Below, one piece after another: positions 1 to 11,237 of a DNA stretch of 64,000 nt. Location of the stretch: positions 9,210 to 73,209 of the forward strand of contig CAZRWL010000002.1 of NCBI GenBank assembly GCA_964603935.1. The letters are read 5' to 3'. This stretch comes from an uncultured Gammaproteobacteria bacterium (GTDB lineage: Bacteria; Patescibacteriota; Microgenomatia; Levybacterales; UBA12049). The stretch's first letter is position 1. Each line of letters opens with the position of its first letter. Made by a program: the position numbers and the translations under genes. Below the pieces are notes generated by a model. The model did not search any database. It was not told where the DNA came from and worked only from the letters and a program-made list of their open reading frames with translations.

Positions 1-1
1 A

Positions 2-439
2 AACCAAACAATAAGTCTTTATGTAAATGACAATCTTATTGATAAAATGAAAACCAAAAATGATGGGACATTCTCTTTTAACGAAAGTATCAAAGAAGGA
101 GAAAATACAATAAAAACAAAAGCAATTGAAAACAACAGGGAAAGTGAATTTTCCAATCCTGTTGTAATCGCTTTTAAAAATGCTCCTCCGTCCCTCAATA
201 TTAGCTCACCAACAGATGGTCAGTCCTTTTCTAAAGATCAAAATGTTGCAGAGATTAAGGGTGCAACAGACCAGGATGTCAAAGTTACAATTAATGGGTT
301 TTGGGCAATAGCAGATAGCATTGGGAATTTCTCATACAAATTTCCTCTTCAAGCCGGAGAAAACAAAATAAAAATTGAAGCCGTAGACCTGGCGGGTAAC
401 AAAACGGAGAAGGAAATTAAAGCTACCTACTCTCCCTAA
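2..439 (+). CDS. Bacterial Ig-like domain protein (5'-partial)
   Basis: Frame is open from position 2 (NQTISLYVND...). Two Ig-like repeats with G-x-F-S-F/Y...GEN-x-IK...A motifs, followed by DLAGNKT. Confidence 0.7.
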   Translation, partial: NQTISLYVNDNLIDKMKTKNDGTFSFNESIKEGENTIKTKAIENNRESEFSNPVVIAFKNAPPSLNISSPTDGQSFSKDQNVAEIKGATDQDVKVTINGFWAIADSIGNFSYKFPLQAGENKIKIEAVDLAGNKTEKEIKATYSP

Positions 440-1586
440 GCCCTATTACTACCCATAGCCAAAACATAATATAAGCATAAAATAAACTATTTATAAATAA
501 ACTGCTAACAAAAACCCCAGCTATCGAAGACAAAATCAAGGGATTATTTCTCGCACTATGCTTTAGTATCTTAAGCCATAGAAAAAGATATAGAGCAAAA
601 CCGATAATCCCTGTAGTTGCCAGAACAAATAAAAAACTATTGTCAGTTCCTGCATCCGCATGGCTTATTACTTTTGGCTTATCACTTCTTAAATCATCGC
701 TTAACTTTGCGTATCTGTAAGCGTTAAAACCTACACCAAATATTGGATGTTCTCGTATAATTTCCACTGCTTTTACTGCAGTCTTAAGACGCGCTTCCGA
801 TGAAACAATTCTGAATAAATTAATATTTTCAATATTGAAATATCTTGAGGATACAGCAAGAGCCAATAATGTAAGCGTCAATAATATCGCTATCCAGATT
901 TTTCTATTCATAAGGATGAGTAGCAGGCTTGAGCTTACAATAAGCATAATCAGAGCGCTTCTTGAAAATGTTAAAAATACCGCTCCCAAAGTTAGAGCTA
1001 AAAGCAAAGCTATTGAAATGCTTTTCTTTTTCAAGAATATATTTGATAAAAATAAAAAGAATAGAACAAAAAAAGCGCCTGCGAAATTAGGGTCAAGAAA
1101 TACTGAAAACATTCTATGCATATGCTCATCCCAACCTAAGTAGAATAAATTTCTAAGGTTAGAGTAAAAAATGTATTGCGCATACCCCAACCCTACGATT
1201 ATTGATCCGATAATAATTAACACCTTTGATATTTTTTTCTTAAATTCTTTATCGAAATCGCTGATTACAAAAAAAACTCCCGCGTAAGTAAGCCATCTTA
1301 GCAAATACGAGAAAGAAATAAAAAGTTCATTTTGGGACAAACGCAGACTATTCACGACTAACGGAAATGATCCGCTCAAGACAAAGAAAAGTATGGAAAT
1401 TAAAATACTTGCTTGTTTAATTTTTTGTTTTTTTAAAATTTTAATTGCCAACCATAAAAAAACAAGAATTAAAACTGCGGCATCCAAAGGTTTTATGGCA
1501 AATCCCTGGCCAAAATCAAAACGCGCGATCTCGCCCAACGGAAATAAAAATAACGCAAAAATTACCAGCTTTCTCAATATACCCAC
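423..1586 (-). CDS. O-antigen ligase / Wzy_C family membrane protein
   Basis: Multi-TM protein with R..S.F.DPNFAG, LTFSRSA, HPIFGVGFN and DNSFL..LATTGIIG motifs. Confidence 0.85.
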   Translation of the reverse strand: MGILRKLVIFALFLFPLGEIARFDFGQGFAIKPLDAAVLILVFLWLAIKILKKQKIKQASILISILFFVLSGSFPLVVNSLRLSQNELFISFSYLLRWLTYAGVFFVISDFDKEFKKKISKVLIIIGSIIVGLGYAQYIFYSNLRNLFYLGWDEHMHRMFSVFLDPNFAGAFFVLFFLFLSNIFLKKKSISIALLLALTLGAVFLTFSRSALIMLIVSSSLLLILMNRKIWIAILLTLTLLALAVSSRYFNIENINLFRIVSSEARLKTAVKAVEIIREHPIFGVGFNAYRYAKLSDDLRSDKPKVISHADAGTDNSFLFVLATTGIIGFALYLFLWLKILKHSARNNPLILSSIAGVFVSSLFINSLFYAYIMFWLWVVIGLRESR

Positions 1587-3187
1587 CTTAAACCTCCAAT
1601 AGAATATAAACGAACATTAGTCTTATCATTATAATAAATTAAATCCCAAAACCTAAACCTCTCGGGCAATTCCCCTTCTTGAACAGCTATGTAATTAAAT
1701 GCATTTCCCTTTTTAACATAGGAGGAATCTATAAATGGAAAATCGACATAATAAAGATTATGGAAACCATACAGCAAAACTTTGTCGTCTGTCTTAATAT
1801 TATCTTCGAAGTAATTGTCGGTGTCGTAAAAATCTCCGAATGAAAAATTTAAATGGCTTGAAAGGAATTGCGACTTAGATTCTTTTCCTAGGATAACCGG
1901 AATATATTTTGAATTAGCGACTCCCCTATAAAATATTGAGAACAATGCGAAAGCAATAATTGCCCCAACAAAAAGAAAACGTAATTTCACTTGTCCAATT
2001 TTTTCAATAATCGCAACGCTTACTATGGAAAAAGCAGGCAAGTAAGGCAGAATGAATCTTCCTCCCCCTGTATGCGGAGTTATCTGCCATACCACAATCG
2101 CAATAAAAGAATATAGCGATATTACCTTTAAAGGTAGTTTCAATTTTCCATAAAGGAATACCGCTAATGGTAGAGATATGACGTATAGAGGAGAGATGGG
2201 ATCTGGAAGATTTAAAGGGTTAATTAAGCCAAAATTAAACTTTGCAGGATAAATATTTGTGAAAAAGGGATGTATAGGATTTCCAGTATTAATAAAAGCA
2301 AAAACAAGCCACGAAAAAACAATAAATAACGCAATAATCCAATAACTCAATAATCTATTAAATACTGTTTTTATTTCCTCCTTTTTACTAAAAGCAATAT
2401 AAACAATTAATATCGAAAAAATCAAAAACGATCCTAATGCCAAGAGTTTAGTAGATATTGCAAAACCAAGCATTACTGCCGACAAAATAAACCATTTCTT
2501 TTTCTTTTTTTCAAACCATTCTATAAATCCCCATAATGCCATTATTTCAAAAAATGTTCTAGCTAAATCTATGTAAGCAGTTATTGACATCCAACCGACA
2601 ACCAAATTTGAATAGAAAAGAACAACCGCTAATAAAGAGAATACTCTCGATAAAAACTTGCGCGAAAGTTTATAAAGAGCAATCAGAGACAGAATTCCGA
2701 AAGAAAAATGAATAAATTTTGGAATAGTTTCGCTTCCAAATGCTAGCCCTGCCGCATATAGCATTTCCGTAAGTTTTGGCATTGCCGAATAATACAGAAG
2801 CCCTCCGGGAATATAAGATATAGAATGGTTTTGAAGGTAAATTTTGGGCAACGCTAAGTGATACCATAATGCGTCAAACGCCAATTCCGGACCCAATACT
2901 CCAACAAGGTTAACCAAAACCTGCAACATCAACATTAGACTTAACATGATTAAAGTAATATTCTGCCTTATGCTTTCAAACGTAAAATGCCTAAACTCGA
3001 AGCGCTTCTTAAATTCACTAAAGCATTGAAAAAGCTTATCCGTAAATGTTTTTTTATAAAAATAGAAGATAGTGAAAATATAAAAAATTGTAGTCCCAAC
3101 GATATAATTCCTATAGAAAAGTCCGGCAAGACCCAAAGCAAAAAGAAAATATGAGTAAATTCCTATCAGAAGCGCCAAAGTAAACAT
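1574..3187 (-). CDS. GT-C fold membrane glycosyltransferase (ArnT/PMT-like)
   Basis: FDALWYHL loop motif, many TM helices, GFAISTK and TGNPIHP motifs. Confidence 0.7.
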   Translation of the reverse strand: MFTLALLIGIYSYFLFALGLAGLFYRNYIVGTTIFYIFTIFYFYKKTFTDKLFQCFSEFKKRFEFRHFTFESIRQNITLIMLSLMLMLQVLVNLVGVLGPELAFDALWYHLALPKIYLQNHSISYIPGGLLYYSAMPKLTEMLYAAGLAFGSETIPKFIHFSFGILSLIALYKLSRKFLSRVFSLLAVVLFYSNLVVGWMSITAYIDLARTFFEIMALWGFIEWFEKKKKKWFILSAVMLGFAISTKLLALGSFLIFSILIVYIAFSKKEEIKTVFNRLLSYWIIALFIVFSWLVFAFINTGNPIHPFFTNIYPAKFNFGLINPLNLPDPISPLYVISLPLAVFLYGKLKLPLKVISLYSFIAIVVWQITPHTGGGRFILPYLPAFSIVSVAIIEKIGQVKLRFLFVGAIIAFALFSIFYRGVANSKYIPVILGKESKSQFLSSHLNFSFGDFYDTDNYFEDNIKTDDKVLLYGFHNLYYVDFPFIDSSYVKKGNAFNYIAVQEGELPERFRFWDLIYYNDKTNVRLYSIGGLRWVY

Positions 3188-3259
3188 CTTTAGTTTTTAA
3201 GCTCAATAAATTATACTTAGACTTATTATATTCTAAACCGATTTTATTTAAAAGATTAG

Positions 3260-5623
3260 ATGAAAACCATCAAATTCAAGCCTATAATTTTCCTGTTATT
3301 TCTCTGCATAGTTTTCTTTTACAAAATATTTGCAAATTCAGATCACACCCTTTACCCCGCACTGGACAATATTTACTCATCTTCTCAAGAAAAATCTCTA
3401 TTTTCATATAGTGTCTATACCCACAGAGATCTTCCCCTTTGGAATCCTTATGTTTTCAGCGGTTCTCCATTTGTAGGAAATCCTACTTCCGCAATGTTTT
3501 ATCCTCTAAATATTTTATTTCTTCTGTTTCAAGCAAATCTTTCTTTTAGCTATATGTTCGCTCTTGATGTTTTCCTGATTGGATTATTTACTTATGTATA
3601 TTGCAGGGCTATAAAAATGGATAAATTTGGTTCTTTGATTTCTGCAATTACCATCATGTTTAGCGGTCCGTTAATCACAATGGTCTTCCCGGGACATCTT
3701 CAAAATTTTAACACGTTTATCTGGTTTCCTTTAGCGCTTTTATTTGCGGAGTTAATGATAATAAAGAAAAGCTTAACGTTTTCCATGTTGCTGGGTATTA
3801 CTATCGCCTTTATGCTTATTGCAGGGATTATACAAATTGCAATCTATGAAATTATATCTTTAATTATATATTTTACGCTTAGGTCTGCGTTTGAAATTAA
3901 AAGCTTACCCACAGCTATAAAACTAGCTTTTCTTCTTGGGATTTCTTTTCTTACAGGAGTTTCTATCGCAGCTATTCAATTGATGCCAGGCATAGAATTT
4001 TCCAGTCTTTCAGAAAGAGGCGATGGGCTAAGCTATATTTTTGCATCTGATTTCTCAGTCAATCCCCGTCAAGTCATTTCTTCTATTTTTCCTTATTTCT
4101 TTGGCTCACCCATCAACTCGACCTACTGGGGAAAAGGAAATTTTTGGGAATCGACCCTGTACGTTGGGATTCTGCCTCTATTTTTCGCAATTTCCTCAAT
4201 AATACTCAGAAGAAATCGTTATGTTTTAATTTTCTCAATCATCGGGATCGTTGCGTTAATTTATTCTTTTGGTAAATACGGCCCGATTTTTCCTTTCCTA
4301 TACGGTCATATTCCCGGCTTTGATCACTTCAGAGTAGCAGGCCGTTTTCGTTACGTATATGTATTTTCACTTTCTATTCTTGCGGGATTTGGAATTAATT
4401 TCCTACTGTACAATTTTAAAAATAAATTAAAACATTTATTTCTCAAATTTTCAGTTACCATCCCTGCAATAATACTTACATTTATTATTTTTCTTTTATT
4501 TCTTGCTCCTAGCAAATTTAACGTATCTGTCTACGAAAAATATGTGCTTCGAAATAGTTTTGCTATGGGAATAAATCACACGACTCTATACAATCAAACA
4601 AAAGCAGATATTATAGTTTTTCTGACAATTATATTGGCTTTATATTTAGCAATAGTTTTAAAAACCAAAAAAATAATCGGATTAAATCAGTTAAAAGTTT
4701 TTATTGTTTTTGTCTGTATCTTGGATTTATGGTTATTCGGCTCAAGATTTATCGCTACAAAAAATATAAAAGAAATTTACAAACCAACACCTATAATAAA
4801 CCGGCTGATAAGCAACGGGCCTATCTATAGAGTTTTTGACATGGGAGGAGATTATATACCGCTTCTTGGTGAATATAAAATAGAAAGCATAACAGGCGTT
4901 CATCCTCTGTATTTAAAGGATTACCGAGATTTTATTTGGTCTATTGGAAAACATGCAAATACACCTTATGAATCATCTTTTCAAATAAATGAAATTTTCC
5001 ACCCAATATTTCTAAACTTATTAAATGTGAAATACGTAATTTCAAATAATAAAATATCCCTGCATGGATTCTCAGAAGTACTGAATTCAAATTCTACTGT
5101 CACATACGGTATTCAACCTAACCTTACACGCTATTTGTATGAGAACAGCAATTCGCTGCCTAGAGCATATATTGTTCCTAATGCTGTAGTTGTGCCGGAC
5201 AAGAAAAAAATATTAAATTTGCTTTCAAACAACGGCTTTAATTCAAAAAAATATATTCTTTTAGAAAAAAAATCGTTAAATATTCAGCTTGAGAACAACT
5301 CCTCTTTTGAAGAAATCAATGTAGATAGAAGTTCTTTTAATAAAATTCATTTATCGGTAAAAATGAAGGGGAGCGGTTTTTTGGTCTTAAGCGAAATTGC
5401 ATATCCGGGCTGGAAAGCTTTCATCAACAAAAAGGAAGTAGAAATATTAAAAGCTAACAATATTTTAAGATCGATATATTTAACATCCGGTCTTCACAAC
5501 GTAGACTTTATTTACGACCCCGATTCCTACACGGTTGGAAAATATATTTCGCTTACCGCGCTTTCTGCAATTAGCATGTTTTTCATAATTAAAGGTTTAA
5601 TTGCTTTTGTAAATCGTAACTAG
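3260..5623 (+). CDS. YfhO family membrane protein (GT-C-like)
   Basis: PLWNPYVFSGSPF, FYPLN, LYVGILPL, LPRAY and LSEIAYPGWKA..N motifs typical of YfhO. Confidence 0.85.
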   Translation: MKTIKFKPIIFLLFLCIVFFYKIFANSDHTLYPALDNIYSSSQEKSLFSYSVYTHRDLPLWNPYVFSGSPFVGNPTSAMFYPLNILFLLFQANLSFSYMFALDVFLIGLFTYVYCRAIKMDKFGSLISAITIMFSGPLITMVFPGHLQNFNTFIWFPLALLFAELMIIKKSLTFSMLLGITIAFMLIAGIIQIAIYEIISLIIYFTLRSAFEIKSLPTAIKLAFLLGISFLTGVSIAAIQLMPGIEFSSLSERGDGLSYIFASDFSVNPRQVISSIFPYFFGSPINSTYWGKGNFWESTLYVGILPLFFAISSIILRRNRYVLIFSIIGIVALIYSFGKYGPIFPFLYGHIPGFDHFRVAGRFRYVYVFSLSILAGFGINFLLYNFKNKLKHLFLKFSVTIPAIILTFIIFLLFLAPSKFNVSVYEKYVLRNSFAMGINHTTLYNQTKADIIVFLTIILALYLAIVLKTKKIIGLNQLKVFIVFVCILDLWLFGSRFIATKNIKEIYKPTPIINRLISNGPIYRVFDMGGDYIPLLGEYKIESITGVHPLYLKDYRDFIWSIGKHANTPYESSFQINEIFHPIFLNLLNVKYVISNNKISLHGFSEVLNSNSTVTYGIQPNLTRYLYENSNSLPRAYIVPNAVVVPDKKKILNLLSNNGFNSKKYILLEKKSLNIQLENNSSFEEINVDRSSFNKIHLSVKMKGSGFLVLSEIAYPGWKAFINKKEVEILKANNILRSIYLTSGLHNVDFIYDPDSYTVGKYISLTALSAISMFFIIKGLIAFVNRN

Positions 5624-7120
5624 ATAAGCCCCATCAGCTATTACATTATATATAGGCTTATATTTCAGCTTAATTTCCGTATCGTTGAATTTATCCCTTA
5701 TTACATGGTAATGATTCACCATAACATAATCATAGCTCTCCCCGCTTTTATATTCGGAAACATTAAGATTGGGGAGTGGAGGAATAACGCTCGTTTGGGA
5801 TACGGCAATGCCAAGTTTAGATCCCTTTGGCGCATTTTCAGTTAAAAACAATCCTGCCTCTCTAAGCCCCTGTCCCCACCATCCCAATTGAAACATTCTC
5901 TTTTCATAAACACCTTTTGTTCCCCCAACTACACCGTTGAAGTAATCTAAATAATATGGACTTATTTTAAATAATATTATTATCATGTAAATTAAAATTG
6001 GAATAAAACATAGCAGTTTTACAAATTGTTTTTTTGTAAATTTGCCAACTATGTAATCAAACCCTATTGCTGCAATTAAAGATAGCGGCGCATAAATTTG
6101 TATGATGTACCTTACCCCATGTTGACGCAAATTGTAAAAAGATAAGACAAATGAAATAAGAAACCAGGCAATTAAGGAATACATTATCCATGTTCTTTTG
6201 TCTGATATCCGCTTAAACCCTGCTAACAATAAAAGCAAAATCACAAGCGGAGTTGTTATTAACAGCTGGATAAAATAATAAATTTTAGGAACAAACATTA
6301 GCCTCCCGAAAAAAACCTCGGGAATAGAATGCGCAGTAGTAGTTACTCTTAATTCATAAATGCTTTTTGCAACATCAGGCAAATGAAACCAAGGCATTGG
6401 CCACAGCAAAAAAAATATAAAGAATGCTATTGAAAAAATAAATGCTCCTTTTTTATTCGAAAATTTACCTTTTTTTTTATTATTATAAATAAACCAAATA
6501 AGGTAAATCCATATAAATAATGGTATTAACAGAAAGTTCGTGAACTTTGTTTGCAGCGCCAATCCCAGCATTATGCCGGCGACGATAAGATTTTTTTTTG
6601 AAGATTTATCCAAAAAATTGAGCAAGGCATAAACAGAAGCAGTAAAAAATAACATAATAAAACTCTCAAGAGTTGCCAATTGGGACAAACCTAAAAAGAA
6701 AGGGAGGGTTGAAAGTATGATTGCTGCAATGATTCCCACAACAAGGGAAACATATTTCCATCCCATCAAGAGAACTAAAATAACGGACAATGAAGAAGCA
6801 GCAGATGATGCTAATCTTGCGAATGTATAGTCATATTTAAAAACGGGCTGCCCGCCTGGAAAAAAATGGTCTATATCGAAACTGCCAAAAATACCATAGA
6901 CATATCTTGCTAATGGAGGATTATCTGGCCATTCGTACCAGTAACTGTTTGTAAAATCACCCCTTCGGACAAGCTCTACAAGCCTGTATCCCCTTTCTAC
7001 ATAAGCGACTTCATCCCATGTTCGCCCCATCTCATTAAGATTCCAAAGCCGCAGTGAAAAAGAGAAAATAAAAACCAGAAAGATAATGAAAAGCTTACCT
7101 ATTTTTGTGTTTTTAACCAT
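5597..7120 (-). CDS. GT-C glycosyltransferase (GT39/GT83, PMT/ArnT-like)
   Basis: TWDE catalytic-loop motif, NPPLARY, GLALQTKF, multi-TM. Confidence 0.8.
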   Translation of the reverse strand: MVKNTKIGKLFIIFLVFIFSFSLRLWNLNEMGRTWDEVAYVERGYRLVELVRRGDFTNSYWYEWPDNPPLARYVYGIFGSFDIDHFFPGGQPVFKYDYTFARLASSAASSLSVILVLLMGWKYVSLVVGIIAAIILSTLPFFLGLSQLATLESFIMLFFTASVYALLNFLDKSSKKNLIVAGIMLGLALQTKFTNFLLIPLFIWIYLIWFIYNNKKKGKFSNKKGAFIFSIAFFIFFLLWPMPWFHLPDVAKSIYELRVTTTAHSIPEVFFGRLMFVPKIYYFIQLLITTPLVILLLLLAGFKRISDKRTWIMYSLIAWFLISFVLSFYNLRQHGVRYIIQIYAPLSLIAAIGFDYIVGKFTKKQFVKLLCFIPILIYMIIILFKISPYYLDYFNGVVGGTKGVYEKRMFQLGWWGQGLREAGLFLTENAPKGSKLGIAVSQTSVIPPLPNLNVSEYKSGESYDYVMVNHYHVIRDKFNDTEIKLKYKPIYNVIADGAYLVTIYKSN

Positions 7121-7851
7121 AATTTACTTCTAGCTAAAAACGAGTGAAATGACATAATTATTGCAAAAATCAAACCGCGGGTTCCATCCATAAAACCTTT
7201 TTTTAAAAAATAGTTAAGTAAAAACTTACTCAAAGGATATATTAATACTGACCAGAAAAAAACTTTAGTCTTTTTAATTTTTAACTCTCCCGCCCGAATA
7301 TCCGTATAAAAATTTATTTCCTTTAAAAATTCTGTCAAGGTAGGGTGAGGGAAATGTTGCAGAGGATTAAGTAATTTTCCTAAAGGACCTTTAATTTCCC
7401 ATTTTTCATGAGCCATGCCTTTCCAAAACCCCTTACCTTTCCTGCCAAGCCTTAATAATTTTACGTTTCCCGTTTCTCCATATTTAAGTTCCCTGCCCCA
7501 CATAAAATCTATTCTTCTTATATGGAATCCGTTAAGCTCTTCAAGGCTTTCACCCTTTAGCTGAATCGCGCTTGATATTTCATAGGCTAACGCATCGGAT
7601 ACTACTTCATCTGCATCCACAAAGATCACCCAGTCATTATTTGCCTTAGAGATTCCAAAATTCCTTTGGGCAGAAAAATCATTATTAAGGGAACGTGGGT
7701 ATATTGCTACCTTATGTTTTCTTGCTATCTCCAAAGTCCTATCGGTTGAATAATCATCAATTACAACAATCTCATCGCACCATTTGACCGATTTCAGACA
7801 TCTTCCTATATTTTCTTCTTCGTTTTTTGTAAGAATAATAGCACTAATCAT
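7099..7851 (-). CDS. GT2 glycosyltransferase (WaaE/KdtX-like)
   Basis: ISAIILTKNEE, DDYSTD, FVDADE, C-terminal KGFMDG.RG motif. Confidence 0.85.
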   Translation of the reverse strand: MISAIILTKNEEENIGRCLKSVKWCDEIVVIDDYSTDRTLEIARKHKVAIYPRSLNNDFSAQRNFGISKANNDWVIFVDADEVVSDALAYEISSAIQLKGESLEELNGFHIRRIDFMWGRELKYGETGNVKLLRLGRKGKGFWKGMAHEKWEIKGPLGKLLNPLQHFPHPTLTEFLKEINFYTDIRAGELKIKKTKVFFWSVLIYPLSKFLLNYFLKKGFMDGTRGLIFAIIMSFHSFLARSKLWLKTQK

Positions 7852-10061
7852 TTACTGTTAACTAGTTTTTCTATTTTTATTCCATTCCTGGATTCGGATA
7901 CATACATCTTTATATTTTTATTTTTTTTAGACGGGGCACGTCCTAACCACCAGGCAAGATACTCGTAATTCATAGTAAAGCTTTCAAATTGACTTCCGGG
8001 ACCTTTTCCTTTTATTTCGTATCTTTCCCCATCGGTCTTTTTCAATATTGCCTTTACGGCATTTAACCTTTCAGAATAATACAAACCATAAGCGGATTTA
8101 CTTCTTGTCAAATCCAACACAAACAAAGAATTAAATATTGCCATAAAAAAGATTAAAATTATCGTTGGAAACAACAATAATCCTATATTCATGATTCTAT
8201 CAAAAAACCAAGCAGTTAAAAAAATAACACTCGGAAAAAGCAGGGGAATGTGCGCTCCCGATGAAGTTGCATTAATAAAAATGCCAATCACGGAAACCAG
8301 AAAAAATATTATTAAAATGTCGAAAGATAACGTTGAAAATTTACCGAACATTCTTCTGTAGAAAGCGTACGTTAGACTTGAAAAAAAAATCATTAAAGAT
8401 ATAACATAATTTGGAATAAAAATAATATTTTGATAGCTGGTTGTTAAAAAACTAAACATAGATATTAAGATATTTTGCCCGCTACTCAATAAGTTTTTTA
8501 AATTCAAAAGCTGACTAAGCGCTTTATACGGAATCCAGGCAAAAAATCCTAATGTTTGAGCAAAATTGTGAGAAAAATCATAAATTATAATCGGCAACAT
8601 CGGCAAAACAAACAAGACTATAGAAAAAAGGATAATTTTTTTACTAAAAACGCTTAGCGCCCACCTTTTCCTTTTTAAAAGACCAAAAATAAGTATAGTT
8701 ATCGTTGGAAACCAAAGTATTTGAGTCGAGAGTTCGAAATTATAAAGCAACGCAAGGAAAAATATTATTAAAGGAAAGAACTTAACATCGCCCTTAATCC
8801 ACTCGTAAAAAGAGTAAGCAAACAATAAGCTTAATAAAGGAATGAAGCTGGTATGATACGGCATTTGAGAGTTAAGAATAATTAATGGAGATGTTGAGTA
8901 TAATAAAGCAGAAATTAGGCCAATTCTCCTAGAGAACATTTCTTTTCCTAATTTATATATAAAAAAAACAGTAGCTGTTCCCAAAAATGCAGTAAAGTAT
9001 CCGGGAGCAACAGGGTTAAAGTTAAAAATTTTAAAAATTAATGCCAGAACATAAGTCCACAATGGGCCTTGATGAAGCCATGTATGGCTAGCAGTAATAC
9101 CCACTAAAGGAAAACTATTATAAACTAATAAATCTCTCGCTGAAAGATAAAACCACCCCTGATCTCCTATAAATACCATTCTCTCGCTGATTTTATAGAA
9201 ATTAAGATAGGTGGAAATTAAAAAAATAGCAAACAATAAAATATTTGCCGGTTTAAAAAACCTTATGAGAAACTCTCCAAAAAGCGCCGGAAATAAACCA
9301 TGGTATTTTTTAAAAAATTTGAACCTGCTTTGTTCAAATATTTTTTCTATCGATTCTTTATTTCGATTACTTCTTCCAATCAGGTGCACCACTTTTGCCT
9401 TTGAAAAGTATAATATTTTAAAACCAAGCTTTTTTACCCTGAAGCAAAAATCGGCTTCCTCAAAATACATAAAAAACCTCTCATCAAAACCTCCTGCCCT
9501 ATCAAAAATTGACCTCTTAACCATCATGCAAGCGCCCCCAACAACATCAACATATTGCTCCCTATTTCTATCCAAATTGATATTGTGATATTTTGTCAGG
9601 ACAGAATTATTTGGCCATAATCTAGAAAGAAATGAAAAAATGAAAATTGCTTTTGGTAAATAAGGCATTCCGCTAATACTTTGAAGAGTTTTTCCGTCTT
9701 TACTTACTAATTGAGGAGCTATAACTCCAATTTTGTCATCTTTTTTAAATCTATCAAGAAGAATTTTTATTGAATCTGAAGAAAACTCAACATCGGGATT
9801 TGATATGATAACATATTTGCCTCTTGCGATTTTTACACCCTGGTTTAACCCTTTGCCGTAGCCGTAATTCTCACTATTTTTAATTATTTTTACATAAGGC
9901 GATATAAGCGCACTTTCTGGAACTTTTTTTAACGAAGCGTTGTCTACGATAATTACTTCATAGGAAATATTTTTTAAGGATTGAGGCAGAGAATTCAAAG
10001 AATTTATAATTTCGTCCGGAGTATTGTAGTAAACATAAATAATTGACAATATCTTATCCAT
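7848..10061 (-). CDS. Fusion: N-terminal GT2 (WbbL-like) plus C-terminal GT-C (ArnT/PMT-like) membrane domain
   Basis: N-terminal ~270 aa has VDNAS, NPD, GACMM, FDERFFMYFEEAD. C-terminal part has FIGDQG, HQGPLW and many TM helices. Confidence 0.8.
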   Translation of the reverse strand: MDKILSIIYVYYNTPDEIINSLNSLPQSLKNISYEVIIVDNASLKKVPESALISPYVKIIKNSENYGYGKGLNQGVKIARGKYVIISNPDVEFSSDSIKILLDRFKKDDKIGVIAPQLVSKDGKTLQSISGMPYLPKAIFIFSFLSRLWPNNSVLTKYHNINLDRNREQYVDVVGGACMMVKRSIFDRAGGFDERFFMYFEEADFCFRVKKLGFKILYFSKAKVVHLIGRSNRNKESIEKIFEQSRFKFFKKYHGLFPALFGEFLIRFFKPANILLFAIFLISTYLNFYKISERMVFIGDQGWFYLSARDLLVYNSFPLVGITASHTWLHQGPLWTYVLALIFKIFNFNPVAPGYFTAFLGTATVFFIYKLGKEMFSRRIGLISALLYSTSPLIILNSQMPYHTSFIPLLSLLFAYSFYEWIKGDVKFFPLIIFFLALLYNFELSTQILWFPTITILIFGLLKRKRWALSVFSKKIILFSIVLFVLPMLPIIIYDFSHNFAQTLGFFAWIPYKALSQLLNLKNLLSSGQNILISMFSFLTTSYQNIIFIPNYVISLMIFFSSLTYAFYRRMFGKFSTLSFDILIIFFLVSVIGIFINATSSGAHIPLLFPSVIFLTAWFFDRIMNIGLLLFPTIILIFFMAIFNSLFVLDLTRSKSAYGLYYSERLNAVKAILKKTDGERYEIKGKGPGSQFESFTMNYEYLAWWLGRAPSKKNKNIKMYVSESRNGIKIEKLVNSK

Positions 10062-10068
10062 AAAAACT

Positions 10069-11181
10069 TTATTTAGAACTGAATTCTCTTAACAATTCCT
10101 CAAGTTTTTTTACTTGAAGTTTCCATGTCCATTTCTCCTCGATCCACTCTCTTCCTTCCTTGCCCATTTTTATAGAAAATAATGGATTCTTGATAAAAAA
10201 CATAATTTTTTCAGCAATTTCTTTAGCATCAAAATCAACCAAATACCCCGTTTTTCCATCAATAACTGTTTCCCTGTATCCTGCAACATTAAAAGCTATC
10301 ACTGGAGTCGCACAGGCCATTGATTCAAGAGGAACGAGACCAAAGGTGTCAAATTTACTTAACGAAAGCGTAACCAATGACTCATTATAAGTTTTTATCA
10401 ACTCTTTGTCCGATATTCTCTGCTCTTTTTTCGTTCCAAAAATAATTTTTAAGTCAGGTCTCACGTTTTTTGGAATTAAATCAATTGCAGCTTTGGCAAA
10501 ATCATACCCATAAATACTTTCCTTTTCGGCAACAAAAAGAACCTGATTTTTTTTATCTAATTTATGTGGCAAAAAAAGGTTATGATCAACACCAAGATAT
10601 GATATCTTCGGGTACAGATTAAATGCGTGAATCATATATTCTCTCCCAAACAAGCTAATCGCCATAGTATAAGTTGCTTTTCTTGCATTGTCTTGATCTA
10701 TTCTTTTTCTGATCATCCTATTTATTGATTCATAAAGCTTATTTAACAACCCCAAAATTTTGGGTACTTTTAATGAATATTCATACGCCATTCTTAACGG
10801 TTCCAAGCAAAAATAAACGCTTTTTGTTTTGAGAAATTTCAATATAAAAGGCGCCTGCGTATAATTATCCGTATGAACAAGAACTATGTCGTACTTACGG
10901 CTGTCAATATCTTTAGCTATTTTTTTATGAATTTCCTTCAGCTTAAAAAGAACTTGAAAATCTTTTAAAATACGGGTGAGCACAGAAATTTTCCTTTGGA
11001 AAGGAAAATAATCATATATATATTCATTAACAGCAATTGTTCCAGGGCTAAAAATGTCGCGCTCTTTATCTAGTGTATATACATCAATTTCATGTCCTAC
11101 GCTTCTTAATCCTTTAACATGTTCAAAAACAACTCGTTTTGCTCCGCCAAAAAATAAATTATAAAAAATAGCTATTTTCAT
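10069..11181 (-). CDS. GT4 glycosyltransferase
   Basis: GGAKRV N-terminal motif, DTFGLVPLESMACATPVI, ETVIDGKTG. Confidence 0.85.
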   Translation of the reverse strand: MKIAIFYNLFFGGAKRVVFEHVKGLRSVGHEIDVYTLDKERDIFSPGTIAVNEYIYDYFPFQRKISVLTRILKDFQVLFKLKEIHKKIAKDIDSRKYDIVLVHTDNYTQAPFILKFLKTKSVYFCLEPLRMAYEYSLKVPKILGLLNKLYESINRMIRKRIDQDNARKATYTMAISLFGREYMIHAFNLYPKISYLGVDHNLFLPHKLDKKNQVLFVAEKESIYGYDFAKAAIDLIPKNVRPDLKIIFGTKKEQRISDKELIKTYNESLVTLSLSKFDTFGLVPLESMACATPVIAFNVAGYRETVIDGKTGYLVDFDAKEIAEKIMFFIKNPLFSIKMGKEGREWIEEKWTWKLQVKKLEELLREFSSK

Positions 11182-11237
11182 TCCTTGAAATTATATCAGC
11201 TATTGCCTTATAATACAGCAATTCCACACTACTTAAT

